Assembly (NCBI RefSeq): GCF_009914755.1
Contig: NC_060937.1
Source of the DNA: the human T2T-CHM13v2.0 reference genome, Homo sapiens
Length of the DNA: 64,000 bases
Direction: 5' to 3' (one strand)
A model generated the notes under the pieces. The model was not told the DNA's origin. It made no database searches and saw nothing but the letters and a program-made list of their open reading frames with translations. Below are positions 30,429 to 43,173 of this stretch, piece by piece. Position numbers and translations under genes: made by a program. The stretch's first letter is position 1. Each line of letters begins with the position of its first letter.

Positions 30429-33400
30429 AATAAATAATAACCTTCCAAATCAGAAAGCACCGGGCTCAGATGGGTTTATTGGTAATGCTACCATACACTT
30501 AAAGAAGAAATGATACCACTTTTTTTCAGTCTCTTTCAGAAGACAGAAGCAGAGAGATACTGCCTAGCTTATTTTATGTGGCCAGTGACACTCTAATATC
30601 CAAACCAGACAGACGTTATAAGAAAATAAAACGATTGATCAAAATAACTCATGAAGATAGATACAAAACTTATTAACAAAATATTAGCAAATTGAATTCA
30701 ACTAATATAAAAAGAATTAGATACCATGACCAAGTGAGATTTGTTTATGCAGAGCTAGTTCAACATTTGAAAATTAAACACATCAACAGGCCAAACAAGA
30801 CAAATCACATGATTATAATTGATAGAGTTCAATAACAATTCATGATAAAATCTCTCAGTAAACTAGGAATAGAGGGGAACTTCCTCAACATTGTAAAGAA
30901 TATTTATAAAACCCTACATATAATATACTTAATGGTTAGACACGAAAAACATTCCCAGTAAGTTCAATAATTCTTTATAATCTTGTACTGGCAGTCTTAG
31001 CTAATCCAATAAGGCAAGAAAATAAAATAAAAGGTGTAAAGATTGGGAAAAAATAAACAAGACTGCCTTTGTTCATAGGTGACATGATTGTTTATACAGA
31101 AAACTAAAATGAATGAACAAAATACTTCTAGAATAGAAAAGTCATCACTGTATGGTTGCAGGATATATTAAGACACAAAAGTCAATATATGTCCTATATG
31201 CCAGCAATGAACAAGCGAAAACTAAAAGTAAAGACACTATAACATTGATATTAACACCCTAAAATATGAAATGCTTACACACAAATCTAACAAAATATGT
31301 ACAAGATTTATATGAGGAAAATACAAAACTCTCATGAAAGACATAAAAGTGGAATTAAATGGAGAAAACTCTACATTCATGGATGAGAAGACATGATATT
31401 TTCAAAATGTCATTTTTGCCCCCAAATTGATCTATAGGCTCAATGCAATGCCAATAAAAATTCAAGCATGTATATTTTGGATTTCAACAGATTGATTCTA
31501 AAATTTTTATGGTGATGAAAAATTCCTATGATAACCAAAACAGTATTGAAGAAGAACAAGGTTAGAGGACTAAAACTCTCTGACTTCAAGATTGACTATA
31601 AAGCTACAGTAATTAAGAAAGTGAGGTATAGGTGTAAAATAGGCAAATAGATCACTGGAAGAAGATAAAGAGTGCAGAAATAGACCCACATAAATATAGT
31701 CATCTTATCTTCGACAAAGGAGAAAAGACAATATAATGGAGAAAAGATAGTCTTTTCAAAATTCATGGTAGAAATTCCATTACTGTGTATATACCTAAAG
31801 GAATATACATCATTCTATTATGAAGATACATGCATGCATATGTTCTTTTCAGCCCTATTCACAATAGCAAAGACTTGGAATCAACCCAAATGCCCATCAG
31901 TGATAGACTGGATAAAGAAAATGTGGTACATATACACCGTAAAATACTATGCACCCATAAAAAGGAACAAGATAATATCCTTTGCAGGGACATGGATGGA
32001 GCTTCAAGCCGTTATCCTCAGCAAATTAACGCAGGAACAGAGACCCAAAAACAGCATGTTCTCACTTATAAGTGGAAGTTGAAGGATGAGAATACATGGA
32101 CACATGGTGGGGAACAACACACACTGTGGTCTATAGGTGGGAGCTGGGGGAGGAAGAGCCTCAGGAAGAATAGCTAATGGATGCCGAACTTAATACCTAG
32201 GTGATGGGCTTATCTGTGCAGCAAAAACCACCATGGCACATGTTTACCTATGTAACAAACCTACACATGTACCCCAGAACTTAAAATAAAAGTTGAAGAA
32301 AGAGAGAGAAAAAAAAAGAAAAATTCATGCTAGAACAACTGGACGTCCAGTTGTAAACAAATGAATCTAGACACAGACCTTACATGTTTCATGCAATTAA
32401 CTCAAAATTTCTCACAGACCTGCATGTAAAACATAAAATTATATAATACTTAGAGGACAACATAGGAGAAAATCTAGTTAACTTGCGTTTTTCAATGACT
32501 TCTTAGGTGCAACACCAAAGTGCGATCCATGAAGTAACAAATTGATGAGTTAAACATTGAAGCAACAAATAAAAATGTCTGCATTGTGAAAGACATTGTC
32601 CAGAAAATAAAAAGACACACCATACACTGGGAGAAATATTTGTGAAAGATACAGTAGAGAAAGAGCTGTTATCCAAAATATAAAAAGAACACTTAAAACT
32701 CAGTAATAAAAATATGAAAAAACATGACCAAATGTAGACCAAATACCTTAACAGATTTCTCACCAAAGGAGATATACAGATGGGAAGTAAGCATGTGAAA
32801 AGATTCCGTACATCATGTATCATCACGAAAATGCAGATTAAAATGAGATACCACTACCTACCAGTTAGAGTGGCCAAAATCTAGGACAAGCAAAACACCA
32901 CCAAATGTCAAGCTGACAACAATAGATGCTGGTGACAATGTGGAGCAACAGGAACTCATTCATTGCTGGAGGGAATACAAAATGGCACAGCTACTTTGGA
33001 ATATAGCTTTGCGGTTTCTTACAAAATTGAACATACTCTTACTGTATTATCTAGTAATCACCTTTCTTAAAATTACCCGAAGAAACTGAAAACACCAAAG
33101 CCTACACACAGATATTCATAGCAGCTTTTTTTTTCATAACTGCCAAAATTTAGAAGTTACCAAGATTTCCTTCAATAAGTGAATGGGCTAATAAACTGTG
33201 ATACATATAGATGACAGAATATTATCCAACATTAAAAATAAATGAGCTATCATGCCATGAAAATAAATGAAGGAAACTTAAATGCATGTTATTAAATAAA
33301 AGAAGTCAATCTGAAAAGGCTACAAACTGTAGAATTTCAAGTAATTTTATAGAACACTCTAGAAAAGAAAAAAACATGGAGACAATAAAATGATTGGTGG

Positions 33401-33757
33401 TTGCTAGGAGTTGGGTTGAGGGAGGAATGACTAGGCAGAGCACGGAGGATTTTTAGGACACGGAAAATACACTGAAATGACACTATAATGGCAGATATGT
33501 GAATAAACATTTATTCAAACCCACAGAACATACAACCCCAAGGGTGAACCATAATATAAACTAGGGACTCCAGGTGATACTGATGTGTCAATGTAGGTTC
33601 AGCAGTTGTGGTAAATATATTACTCTGGTGGAGCATATTGATAATGGGAGAGGCTATGCATGGGTGGAGGCAGAAAGTATATGGGAAATCTTTGTACCTT
33701 CCACTCATTTTGCTGAGAACCTGAAACTTCTCTGAATAATAGTGTATTTTTTAAAAA
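30429..33757 (+). mobile_element. L1MC1-like LINE (ORF2 3' part and 3' UTR), interrupted by an L1PA
   Basis: Decayed ORF2 motifs; 3' UTR gatgtgtcaatgtaggttc...gggagaggctatgcatg...tatgggaaatctttgtaccttcc. Confidence 0.85.
31774..32319 (+). mobile_element. Short L1PA (PA10-13-like) 3' end
   Basis: ORF2 C-terminal peptide [13 protein letters not shown]; caggaagaatagctaatggatg 3' UTR; 16-bp TSD aaaattcatg(g/c)tagaa at 31758-31773 and 32320-32335. Confidence 0.92.
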
Positions 33758-33774
33758 GTAGAGGAGGTAAACTT

Positions 33775-35230
33775 ATCGATGACCAGCATTAAGCCATGTT
33801 GTTTGAGAATTTTTACTTCCCATTACCATACTTTTTGATTCAACATGTATGCAAACTCTGGCATCCAAAAAGGTATACTTAACTCAGTGAACACAGCTAT
33901 GGTTTTCCTAAAGTGACCTGGCCCTAGGAAAATTTAGGTTACTCAGGTTGGTGAACTGAAGGCTTAAAGAGGAGGTTATTACTAGCTGGGGTCAGTGTTT
34001 CTTATATATGGCATAAATTTGGGTTTGCTTGCTATGCTGTGGTGGCATACAAGACTATATCTATTACATTTTTAAGTTAATGAAGCCTTTTTAGTTGTAC
34101 ATCTATGAATATATTGTATTTGTGCCTGTTAGATAAACTTGAATAAATGAAGAAAGATGACATTTACAGCAAGATGTGTCTTATCAATCTGTTTGTTGGG
34201 ATGCATTTGTGTAAAGAATGTCTTCTAATAAGCATATCTATAAGAATATATTTTCTGTTTATTTCAAGAGATATATCCATAAAATCTTCTCTGGATATCC
34301 TAGTCACCAATCCTTTAATCTTGAATTCTCAAACCTCAACCAGCCAGTGAATCCATTAGCACTGTCCAGAAGTCACTACCCAAGACTTGTGCCTCCAGTC
34401 ACAAATTCTTCCTAACCATGGAAATCATATATTTTGCTCAAAGTTCTGCCCACTGTGAAGTTCACTGTTTAACATTGGTTTTCAAAACAAACCCTGTATA
34501 AGGCTGTTTTTCAGCAGCCATTTAATTCTGGATGATGCCAGTTTAACATACAGACTCAGCTGCAAACCAGGGCCATATATTTTTTTTTCTTCTGTTGACA
34601 GTCATAGTGGACACCCCATGAAGTCATATCAGTGTTGTGAAGGAAATGTGATAGAACAGTATGAGTAGGTATTATGGTAGACTGAGCCACCTGTTCATGT
34701 AATTTATTTGCATCTTCTCAGGCTTGTCTGGATCTAGTTTGTATATGCCATTTCTATTTAAAGATGGAATGCTGCTGTGCATGCATCAGATAATACTCAA
34801 TCTATGATTAGTAGCTAAGTTCAGAGACATTTTTTCCATGGCCAGACATTCATGATTCTTCAAATAGTCACTATGTATCTTGAAATAATTCTATTCAACA
34901 TCATGAGACATGACCAATTACTAAGTCATAAGAAAATTACCTGCATATATCATTTTCACATTCAAACTCTGTCTACTGCAATCACATAGCTACAGGTTGG
35001 ACTTCGCTAAACCCACAGTTATGTTCCCATGTAGATTTCACTACAATCAAGTTCCTGTAAATTTAATTTAAGAAACAAAGACGACAAAGCCAATATTATC
35101 CCTGCTTTATAAATGACTTTTTCTAATATGCCAGCTCCAGTTTAAAGTCAATATCTTAAAGGTCTCTCTGGTGATCTTTTTTTTTTTTAAATTTTTTGTT
35201 ATTTAGCCCTATGTAATGTAGACTCCAAAG
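33775..35230 (-). pseudogene. ERVL pol remnant (RT connection / RNase H to integrase N-terminus)
   Basis: Minus-strand 34682-34783 reads HAQQHSIFK*KWHIQTRSRQA*EDANKLHEQVAQ; 34441-34458 reads SQWAEL; both resemble HERV-L/MERVL pol; outer boundaries uncertain. Confidence 0.8.
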
Positions 35231-35334
35231 TAAGGGCTAAGAAAAGAAATAAATAAATAAAAACCATCACAGTTGATAGAACATTGACAAATCATAAAGG
35301 CAGATAGATAATAATAGATTACAGACAGATCAAT

Positions 35335-35513
35335 CTGTACTTTATCACTCTTCCCAAATATTACATTTTTTACAAATTGAAGATTTGTGGAAACCCTGAA
35401 TTGAACAGTCTATTGGTGTCATTTTTCCAACAGCAGGTACTCATTTTATTTTTCTGTGTCATATTTTGCTAATTCTCACAAAATAACTCTTTGATTGTAT
35501 TATGTCTGTTATG
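35335..35513 (+). mobile_element. Tigger1 5' terminal fragment
   Basis: ttttttacaaattgaagatttgtggaaaccctg...catttttccaacagca; homologous, inverted, to ~3200-3360. Confidence 0.85.
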
Positions 35514-35763
35514 ATGTTCTCACTTGTAGGTGAGTGCTAAACCACTAGAACACATGGACACAAATTGGGGAGCAACAGACAGCAGGGCCTACTTGAAGGT
35601 GAAAAACGGGAGAAGGGAGAGGATAAAAAAAACTACCTATTGGATATGATGCTTATTAGCCAGGTGATGAAATAATCTGTATACCAAATCCCCATGATAG
35701 GCAATTTACCTACATAATAGACCTTCATATGTACCCCTGAAACTAAAATAAAAGTTAAAAAAA
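35514..35763 (+). mobile_element. L1PA15/16-like 3' UTR fragment
   Basis: atgttctcacttgtagg...aactacctattgg...gtacccctgaaactaaaataaaagttaaaa. Confidence 0.85.
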
Positions 35764-37373
35764 GGCCATGTCCCCCTATTCATTGAAATATTGACTTATT
35801 TTTTGGCAAAATATATTGTCCTGCTGAGCTACTGAACAAAGGAAAGCATCATATATAATATTATATGGTGTTTGGTGATGTATGAATATCTGCTACAACA
35901 AAAACTGTTTTGTCATATACATATAATGAACATTATTTGTTTATCATTTATTAAAGATTACATTTATTTTTTCATTAATTATCATTTTAGTACTTTTTTC
36001 ATTCTCTTTATTTAGCCTTTTATAAATTTTCCCTGAATCAAATTTATTATAGCACTCTAAAGAAAGTTTTTCCAAATTATTTTTGGTGGATTTTCTATTT
36101 CCTTATTTTTCTGAGTCACCTAGAACATTTTCATAAGTTTTACTTTTTGTGTTGTGTTTTGCTTTATTTCTTTTGGCTTCACTTAATGAGACAACATGCC
36201 CATTACAATAAAAGGCCTCTGAGGGAGGGAAAATGTGAATTATCACAAAATTCTGCTTTTCTTATTTGGCACATATTTATAATTAGATTTAAACGGCTAG
36301 CCTGGAATAAGAGTTGAGGTGGGACTGAGTTTTACTTAACAGAAAAAAAAAATTTAGATTTCTTCATTCACCAACAAAAACATAGTTGTGGGCTCTCAAT
36401 TCCATAGTGTCTGTGGCAGAATCTAGAGTTCTGCCTATTATTATGGCATAGTTTTCATAACATTTTAAAATATAATGCAGAATAAACACTCTTGATATTA
36501 TACTAATATATAGCCATTTCTTATGTTTTTTTTTTGCTTTTCTAGAACATTTTTGGATATTTCAGTTATATTATTAAACAATATAAGGGGAAAAGTTCTG
36601 ACCCACTGTGGTGCTATATTTTTTATTAATACGATAAATATTTATTGAGTAACTTCAGTGTGTCACACACAATGCGCTGAGTAGAGTATATGATGAAAAC
36701 AGAAACATATGCATTCTTGCCTTTATAGGATATATTGCCCTAATTTTCAAATTAGTTAAATAATATTGCCCAGCATTTATGATTTTTCATTCTTCCAAAA
36801 ATTCTAACGTTGTTTTTATATTTTTATGCTTTTCTTAAATATTTGGATTACTAGTAATTACACTTACAATAATCTTCCAATTTAACATTGCTATGTGCTA
36901 AGAGCTAAATAAATAATTTTGTAGTATAATTCTTATAAATATATTTCTTAGTATATATTTTCAGTCTTTAAAGTATATACTCATAGATTTCATACCAGAG
37001 TTGCAGGAATGTTTTAATACCATACATAGAATAGGATATTATTCATTTCTGGAACAGTTTATGATAAACATGTAATCCCCTTGTATTCTGAATTAATCAG
37101 TGCAATTATATCTAGTTGGTTTAAAATGCAATCCTCAAATTCCTTCGATTTAACAGATAAAGTGTTTTTTTTTTTCTCATTTGAAGACTGATGTGGATGT
37201 TCTTAACTGAGCTCCTGTGTTTGGTGGCCATCCTTATAGTTCTGCCTGCCTGCCATACATACGTAGAAAAAAAATATGAAAACCTTAGGGAACTGTTTAT
37301 GCCTCAGAGGTCCACTTCACTTCTGTTCCCAGTTCACTGATACATTAGAACTGAATGGGACCATACCGAGGCT

Positions 37374-38325
37374 CAAGTCAATAAATGTTATACACCACAT
37401 AAAAAATTTAAAACAAAAATCACACGATTATCTCAATAGCTGCAGAAAAAGCATTTGAAAACATCCAGTATCCCTTTGTGACTAAAACCCTCAGCAAAAC
37501 TGGCATACAAAGGACATACCATAAGGTAATAAAAGCCACCTATGACAAACCCACAGTCAACATAATACTGAATGGGAAAACACTGAAAGCATTCCTGCTG
37601 AGAACTGTAACAAGATGAGGATGCCCACTCTCACCACTTCTACTCAACATAGTAGTGGAAGTCCTAGCAGAAGCAACCAGACCAGAAAAAGAGATAAAGG
37701 GCATCCGAATTGGTAAAGAGGAAGTCAGGTTGTCACTGTTTGTTGATGATATGATGGTACACCTAGAAAACCCTAAAGACTCCTCCAAAAAACTCCTAGA
37801 ACTGATAAATGAATTCAGCAATTTCAGGATACAAAATTTATGTACACAAATCAGTAGAGCTTTTATCCATCAACAGCGACCAAGCTGAGGACCAAATAAA
37901 AAACTTAACCCCTTTTACAATAGCTGCAAAAAATAAAATAAAATACTTAGGGATATACCTAACCAAGAAGGTAAAAGACTTCTACAAGGTAAACTACAAA
38001 ACACTGCTGAAAGAAATCATAAATGACAAAAACAAATGAAAATACATCCCATGCTCATGGATGGGTAGAATCAACATTGTGAAAAAGACCATACTGTCAA
38101 AATCAATCTACAAATTCAATGCAATTCCCATCAAAATACCATCATTATTCTTAACAGAACTAGAAAAAAAATCCTTAAATTTATATGGAATGAAGAAAGA
38201 ACCTGCATAGCCAAAGCAAGGATAAGCAAAAATAACCAATTTAGAGGCATCCATCACATTACCTGACTTCAAACTATACTATAAGACCATAATCACTAAA
38301 ACAACATGGTACTGGTATAAACAAA
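37374..38325 (+). mobile_element. L1PB-like ORF2 (RT region) fragment
   Basis: Peptides [31 protein letters not shown] (FADD motif) and IKYLGIYLTK. Confidence 0.92.
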
Positions 38326-38657
38326 AAAGAGAACATAATTTTAACACATACATGTGACAACCAGAAAGTCAGCAGTTGTCAGAGACTGAAGAATATGCAA
38401 AATAGCCTTATGATGTGCACTTGAACACCACAAATTATATTTCACAGTAAACAGAATTACATGCTAATTTTTTTCTAATTATCTGATTGAAACTACTTTT
38501 TTATTTTGCTCTGGCCAAAGACAGGATAAATCCTGAAGAAAGCTGGGAGATGTGCTGATATTTTGATAATTAAGTATGTGGATAGAGTGGGATAATAGTG
38601 TAATACTATCAGATATTTATGTTACGAATTACTGTATGTCATTCTATGTCTCTTGCA

Positions 38658-39230
38658 TTTGTGGAAGACAGTGTGGCAATTCCTCAGGGATCTAGAACTA
38701 GAAATACCATTTGACCCAGCCATCCCATTACTGGGTATATACCCAAAGGAATATAAATCATGCTGCTATAAAGACACATGCACATGTATGTTTATTGAGG
38801 CACTACTCACAATAGCAAATACTTGGAACCAACCCAAATGTCCAACAATGATAGACTGGATTAAGAAAATGTGGTACATATACACCATGCATGTCCTTTG
38901 TAGGGACATGGATGAAGCTGGAAACCATCATTCTCAGCAAACTATTGCAAGGACAAAAATCAAACACCGCAAGTTCTCACTCATAGGTGGGAAATGAACA
39001 ATGAGAACACTTGGACACAGGGTGGGGAACATCACACACCGGGGCCTGTTGTGGGGTGGGGGGAGGGGGGAGGGATAGCATTAGGAGATATACCTAATGT
39101 AAATGACGAGTTAATGGGTGCAGCACACCAACATGGCACATGTATACATATGTAACGAACCTGCACGTTGTGCACATGTACCCTAGAACTTAAAGTATAA
39201 TAAAATATATATATATATAAAAAAAGAAAA
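38658..39230 (+). mobile_element. L1PA (PA5-7-like) 3' end with 32-bp internal deletion
   Basis: [19 protein letters not shown] peptide, G-rich 3' UTR, TA/A tail; no TSD found. Confidence 0.93.
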
Positions 39231-39249
39231 TTATTTTTAGAAGTGTAGG

Positions 39250-40990
39250 AAAAAAATTTTGTGTCTTCTTTCTTGACCTTGTGATACTATTAATATACAT
39301 TTTACTTTTCAATATTATAAACCCTATTGTACTTTTTAATTTTACTCTGAGCATTCAGTTATTTTTTAAAATATCTAAACTAACAGAAAATAATCTTTCA
39401 TATTTACTCTCGTATGTATCATATGCAGTGCTTTTAATTGATTTGGATAGATCCACATTTTACTCTGCTATCACTTTTTTCGACTTTCTGAAGAACTTCT
39501 TTTAACATTTTTTTCATGTGTTTCTCTTTGTGATGAATTATTTTAGCTTTTGTTGTTCTGCAGATATTTATTTTGACTTCATTTTGAAAAGTACATATAA
39601 AGTCCCAGGTGGATTTTTTTCTTCCAGTATGTTAAAGGTATACACTCTTGTCTTTTCATTTATGTTGTTTCCAACAAATAAATGTGCTGTCAATCTTATA
39701 TTTGTTTCACTGCATGAAACAGTTGTTTGTTACTCTGCTGTCAATAGTTTTTCTTTATTACTAATTTGGAGCAAGTTAATTGGAATGTTCCTTGCTGTAG
39801 ATTTCTTCATGTTTCTAGTATTTAAGTTTTATTATACATCTTGAATACATAGTTTACTACTTCCCATCAAATTTAGAAAAATATGGCCCCTGATAATTTC
39901 ACATACTTTTACTTTAACCTATCATCATTTCTCTCCCTCGGGAGCTCAAATTATAATTACCTTGTATTTCTTAAAGTTGTCCCACGGTTCAGCAGTGTTT
40001 CTTTCATTTGTTTTTTTCTCTTTTCTCTTTGTCTTTCAGTTATGATAGGTTTCATTTTTTTTACTTCAAATTCACTAATTTTTCCTTCTGTGATATCTAA
40101 TTAACTGCTGCTCTCACCCAGTGTATTTTTTATCTCACATATTGTGATTTTCATTGGTTTATGTGTAATTATCTTTTTAAAAATTATGTATTTTCCATGT
40201 CTCTACTTAACTTTTTAAACATATAGAATGCAGTTAAAATAACTGTTTTCATGTCATTTTCTGCTCATTCAAATATCTGTGTCTGGTCTGTCAATTTCCA
40301 TTAGCTAATTTTTTTTCTCATTATAGTTTATATTTGCCTTCTTTTGTCACACCTGATAATTTTTGTACTTTTAAAAATATTTTTTGGCTATTTTGTGTGA
40401 TACAGTTTAGTTACTTGCAAGAAGTTGTATCTTTTGGGGGTCTTGCTTGTATAATTTATTAGGCAGGCATTGAGCCATATTTATTGTAGGACTAATTATT
40501 CCTCACTATTGGATCAAGATTTTTCACACACTCTCCCCAAAATCCCATGAATCTTTAGGCTCTCTAGTGGCTGGTGAGAATATTCCTGGTCAGCCTCAAG
40601 CACTGGGCATTCTTAGTCATAGTCTTTTCAGATGATTCTTTCAGAGGTTTCTGCTAGTTTCCTCACATATATGTATTACTATTTTCAGTACACTGCTCAA
40701 TGCTCAACAAGAACCCATTAAACAACTCCAAAGTTTTATCTGTAGTTCTTTCATCTGTATGTATCTTTTTAATGAACTCTAGTCTCAGTATCCCTGTAGT
40801 CTTAGATCTTTCTTCAAGACTCAGTAAGTCAGTTTATTTTCTTCTAGGCTCTTTCTTCATTCACCATTGTCTGCAAATCTTATCAGGTCACTGATCTGGT
40901 GTAATCATAGGAATAATTTTTTATCATTTTTTTCCTTTTCTCTGATGTATTACTTTTCTTTGTTGTTTAAAGTTGAATGTCCTGAAAACT
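39250..40990 (-). mobile_element. Old L1M remnant, antisense
   Basis: Long T-rich stretch with L1M-like motifs (cttcaaattcactaatttttccttctgtgatatctaa...cccagtgtattttttatctc). Confidence 0.6.
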
Positions 40991-41044
40991 GATTTTTACA
41001 TATTTTGTTCATTGTATGATTGTCTGTTTTTGATGCACTATCTG

Positions 41045-41313
<269 letters not shown>

Positions 41314-42399
41314 TAATATATATATAAGATTTCTATTTTATTTCATTTTAATATTTGTAATGACTTTGTATCACATCTTATTTTATGCTCTATGGATTTT
41401 AAAAGTAGTATAACATGGTTCCTATTCTTTATTACTTTTTAAGAAAATACACTGAGCAATTTTAATATTCTTTTGAGGATTCTCATAGAGGTATGTACCT
41501 AATGAAATAAGAAAGTATAACTGGGATTCAGTGCTGGTTTAATTGAGTACTTGGCAGATATTTAGCCAATGCTGCCTAGAAGAGTCGATTATGGAATTAC
41601 ATTTGAATTGATGATTTCGAGTTCTCAATGGATTAAGACACAGCATGAAAACATTTGACTCATAGGTACTATGAACAAATGTGCAAAGGTGTGAATAGTG
41701 TGTTTGCAAAACCGCAAACAGATTGCTGTTTCTGGATTATAGAGTCATGAAATGTTAATTCAGTATTGAAATGTGAGGCTGAGGTAGCAGACCATTGCCA
41801 GATCAAAAACGAGCTTGCATAATAGCCAACATACCTGACCACGATCCAATGATTACATTATGACTTGAGTAAAAAGATAAAGAAAAGTATAATCTTTAAG
41901 AAACTATATTGAGCCTCCAACAGAAATTAGAAAACATAGTTTGAAGACTCTACTATTTGTATGGTTGTGAGATTTGGGGTAAACCATTAAGTCATGATGG
42001 AAATAGCATCACAAAAGAGACAACAGGTTGACTTTCAGGATATGGGCTTTTAAGGATTTACAAAGATAGGGCAGTGTCAAAGGTTTTGAGGATGATTCTA
42101 AAAAAAACTATGAAATGATTAGCCATAAATTTCAGGGTAAACAAAAAATAAAAATAATGCTAGATCATAATAAACTGCAGTACAACTAGGAAAATACAAA
42201 ATTATTTTCTGTAAGTGGGATAGAAAAACTCAAGGTTTTGGAAGCAAGGCACTTCCGATACAGTTTGAATTACATTAAAAACCACAAGATAAAAAAAAAA
42301 AAAAACAAAAAAAGATGTCCATCAGTTTTCCTACTTATAACTTTCTCTCCTGGAAAACAGTTTAATTACCTAGCATGCAATATTTATTTGTGGGGAGTA

Positions 42400-42890
42400 A
42401 CAGTGGATTAAAACTAATTTTTATAAAGCTTTAATGCCTAAAATAAACCTTTATGTTCTGGCCTTTTTCAATCCTCTGGTTCTACATATGATCAGCCTAC
42501 AAATGCAGAAATGCTTAAAACTTTCATTTCCTCTTTCATGCCACACACTGTGTGATCTCTGATTCTTACAGCACATAATCACACATATTGGGACATTTTC
42601 CTCAACTGCTTTTTCTTTTTATGGCTAACTCTTGCTCATCCTTCATGTTTCAGTTTTAATTATACATTTTACAAAAAGTCTTTGCACCTTCCTCTGCCAG
42701 TCTCTCAGTGACATTAGTGTGCTCTCTGCATCACCAGAAAATACCTTAACTTACATTATTAGTTTGCTATCACTAAAGTACTATTTCTATATTAAAAGTG
42801 AATATTCAGAGCAACCTTTAGCATACCTTCTGAGAATCACCAATATATGTATTAATAAACTGTTCATAGATCCTAGGTGAACAGTAATTG
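42400..42890 (+). mobile_element. L2-like fragment
   Basis: ggctaactcttgctcatccttcatgtttcagtt...gctctctgcatcacc; strongly diverged. Confidence 0.45.
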
Positions 42891-43122
42891 CTTATGACCT
42901 CATAAAAGGAATTTTTGTTCAAGGAGGAGCTCTTTCATTGAATGTCTTTATTTTTGTTTTCCAATATCTCTTAAAATGCACAGAATATCAACAGAGATTA
43001 GATATTATGCACCTTTAACTCCTTGAAAATAGCCTTCTCCAAATATGTCTATGTAACGTGTGTTTACTCTGCTATCAGTTGCCTAGGAAAAACTTATTAT
43101 ATATGTTTACTGGCACAGTAGC

Positions 43123-43126
<4 letters not shown>

Positions 43127-43168
<42 letters not shown>
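43127..43168. repeat. (TA)21 microsatellite
   Basis: Uninterrupted TA run. Confidence 0.95.

Positions 43169-43173
<5 letters not shown>

Noticed and set aside
38326-38657. Second transduction linking the L1PB fragment and the L1PA 3' end
   Set aside because: No shared TSD, different subfamilies, and the L1PB piece has no 3' UTR
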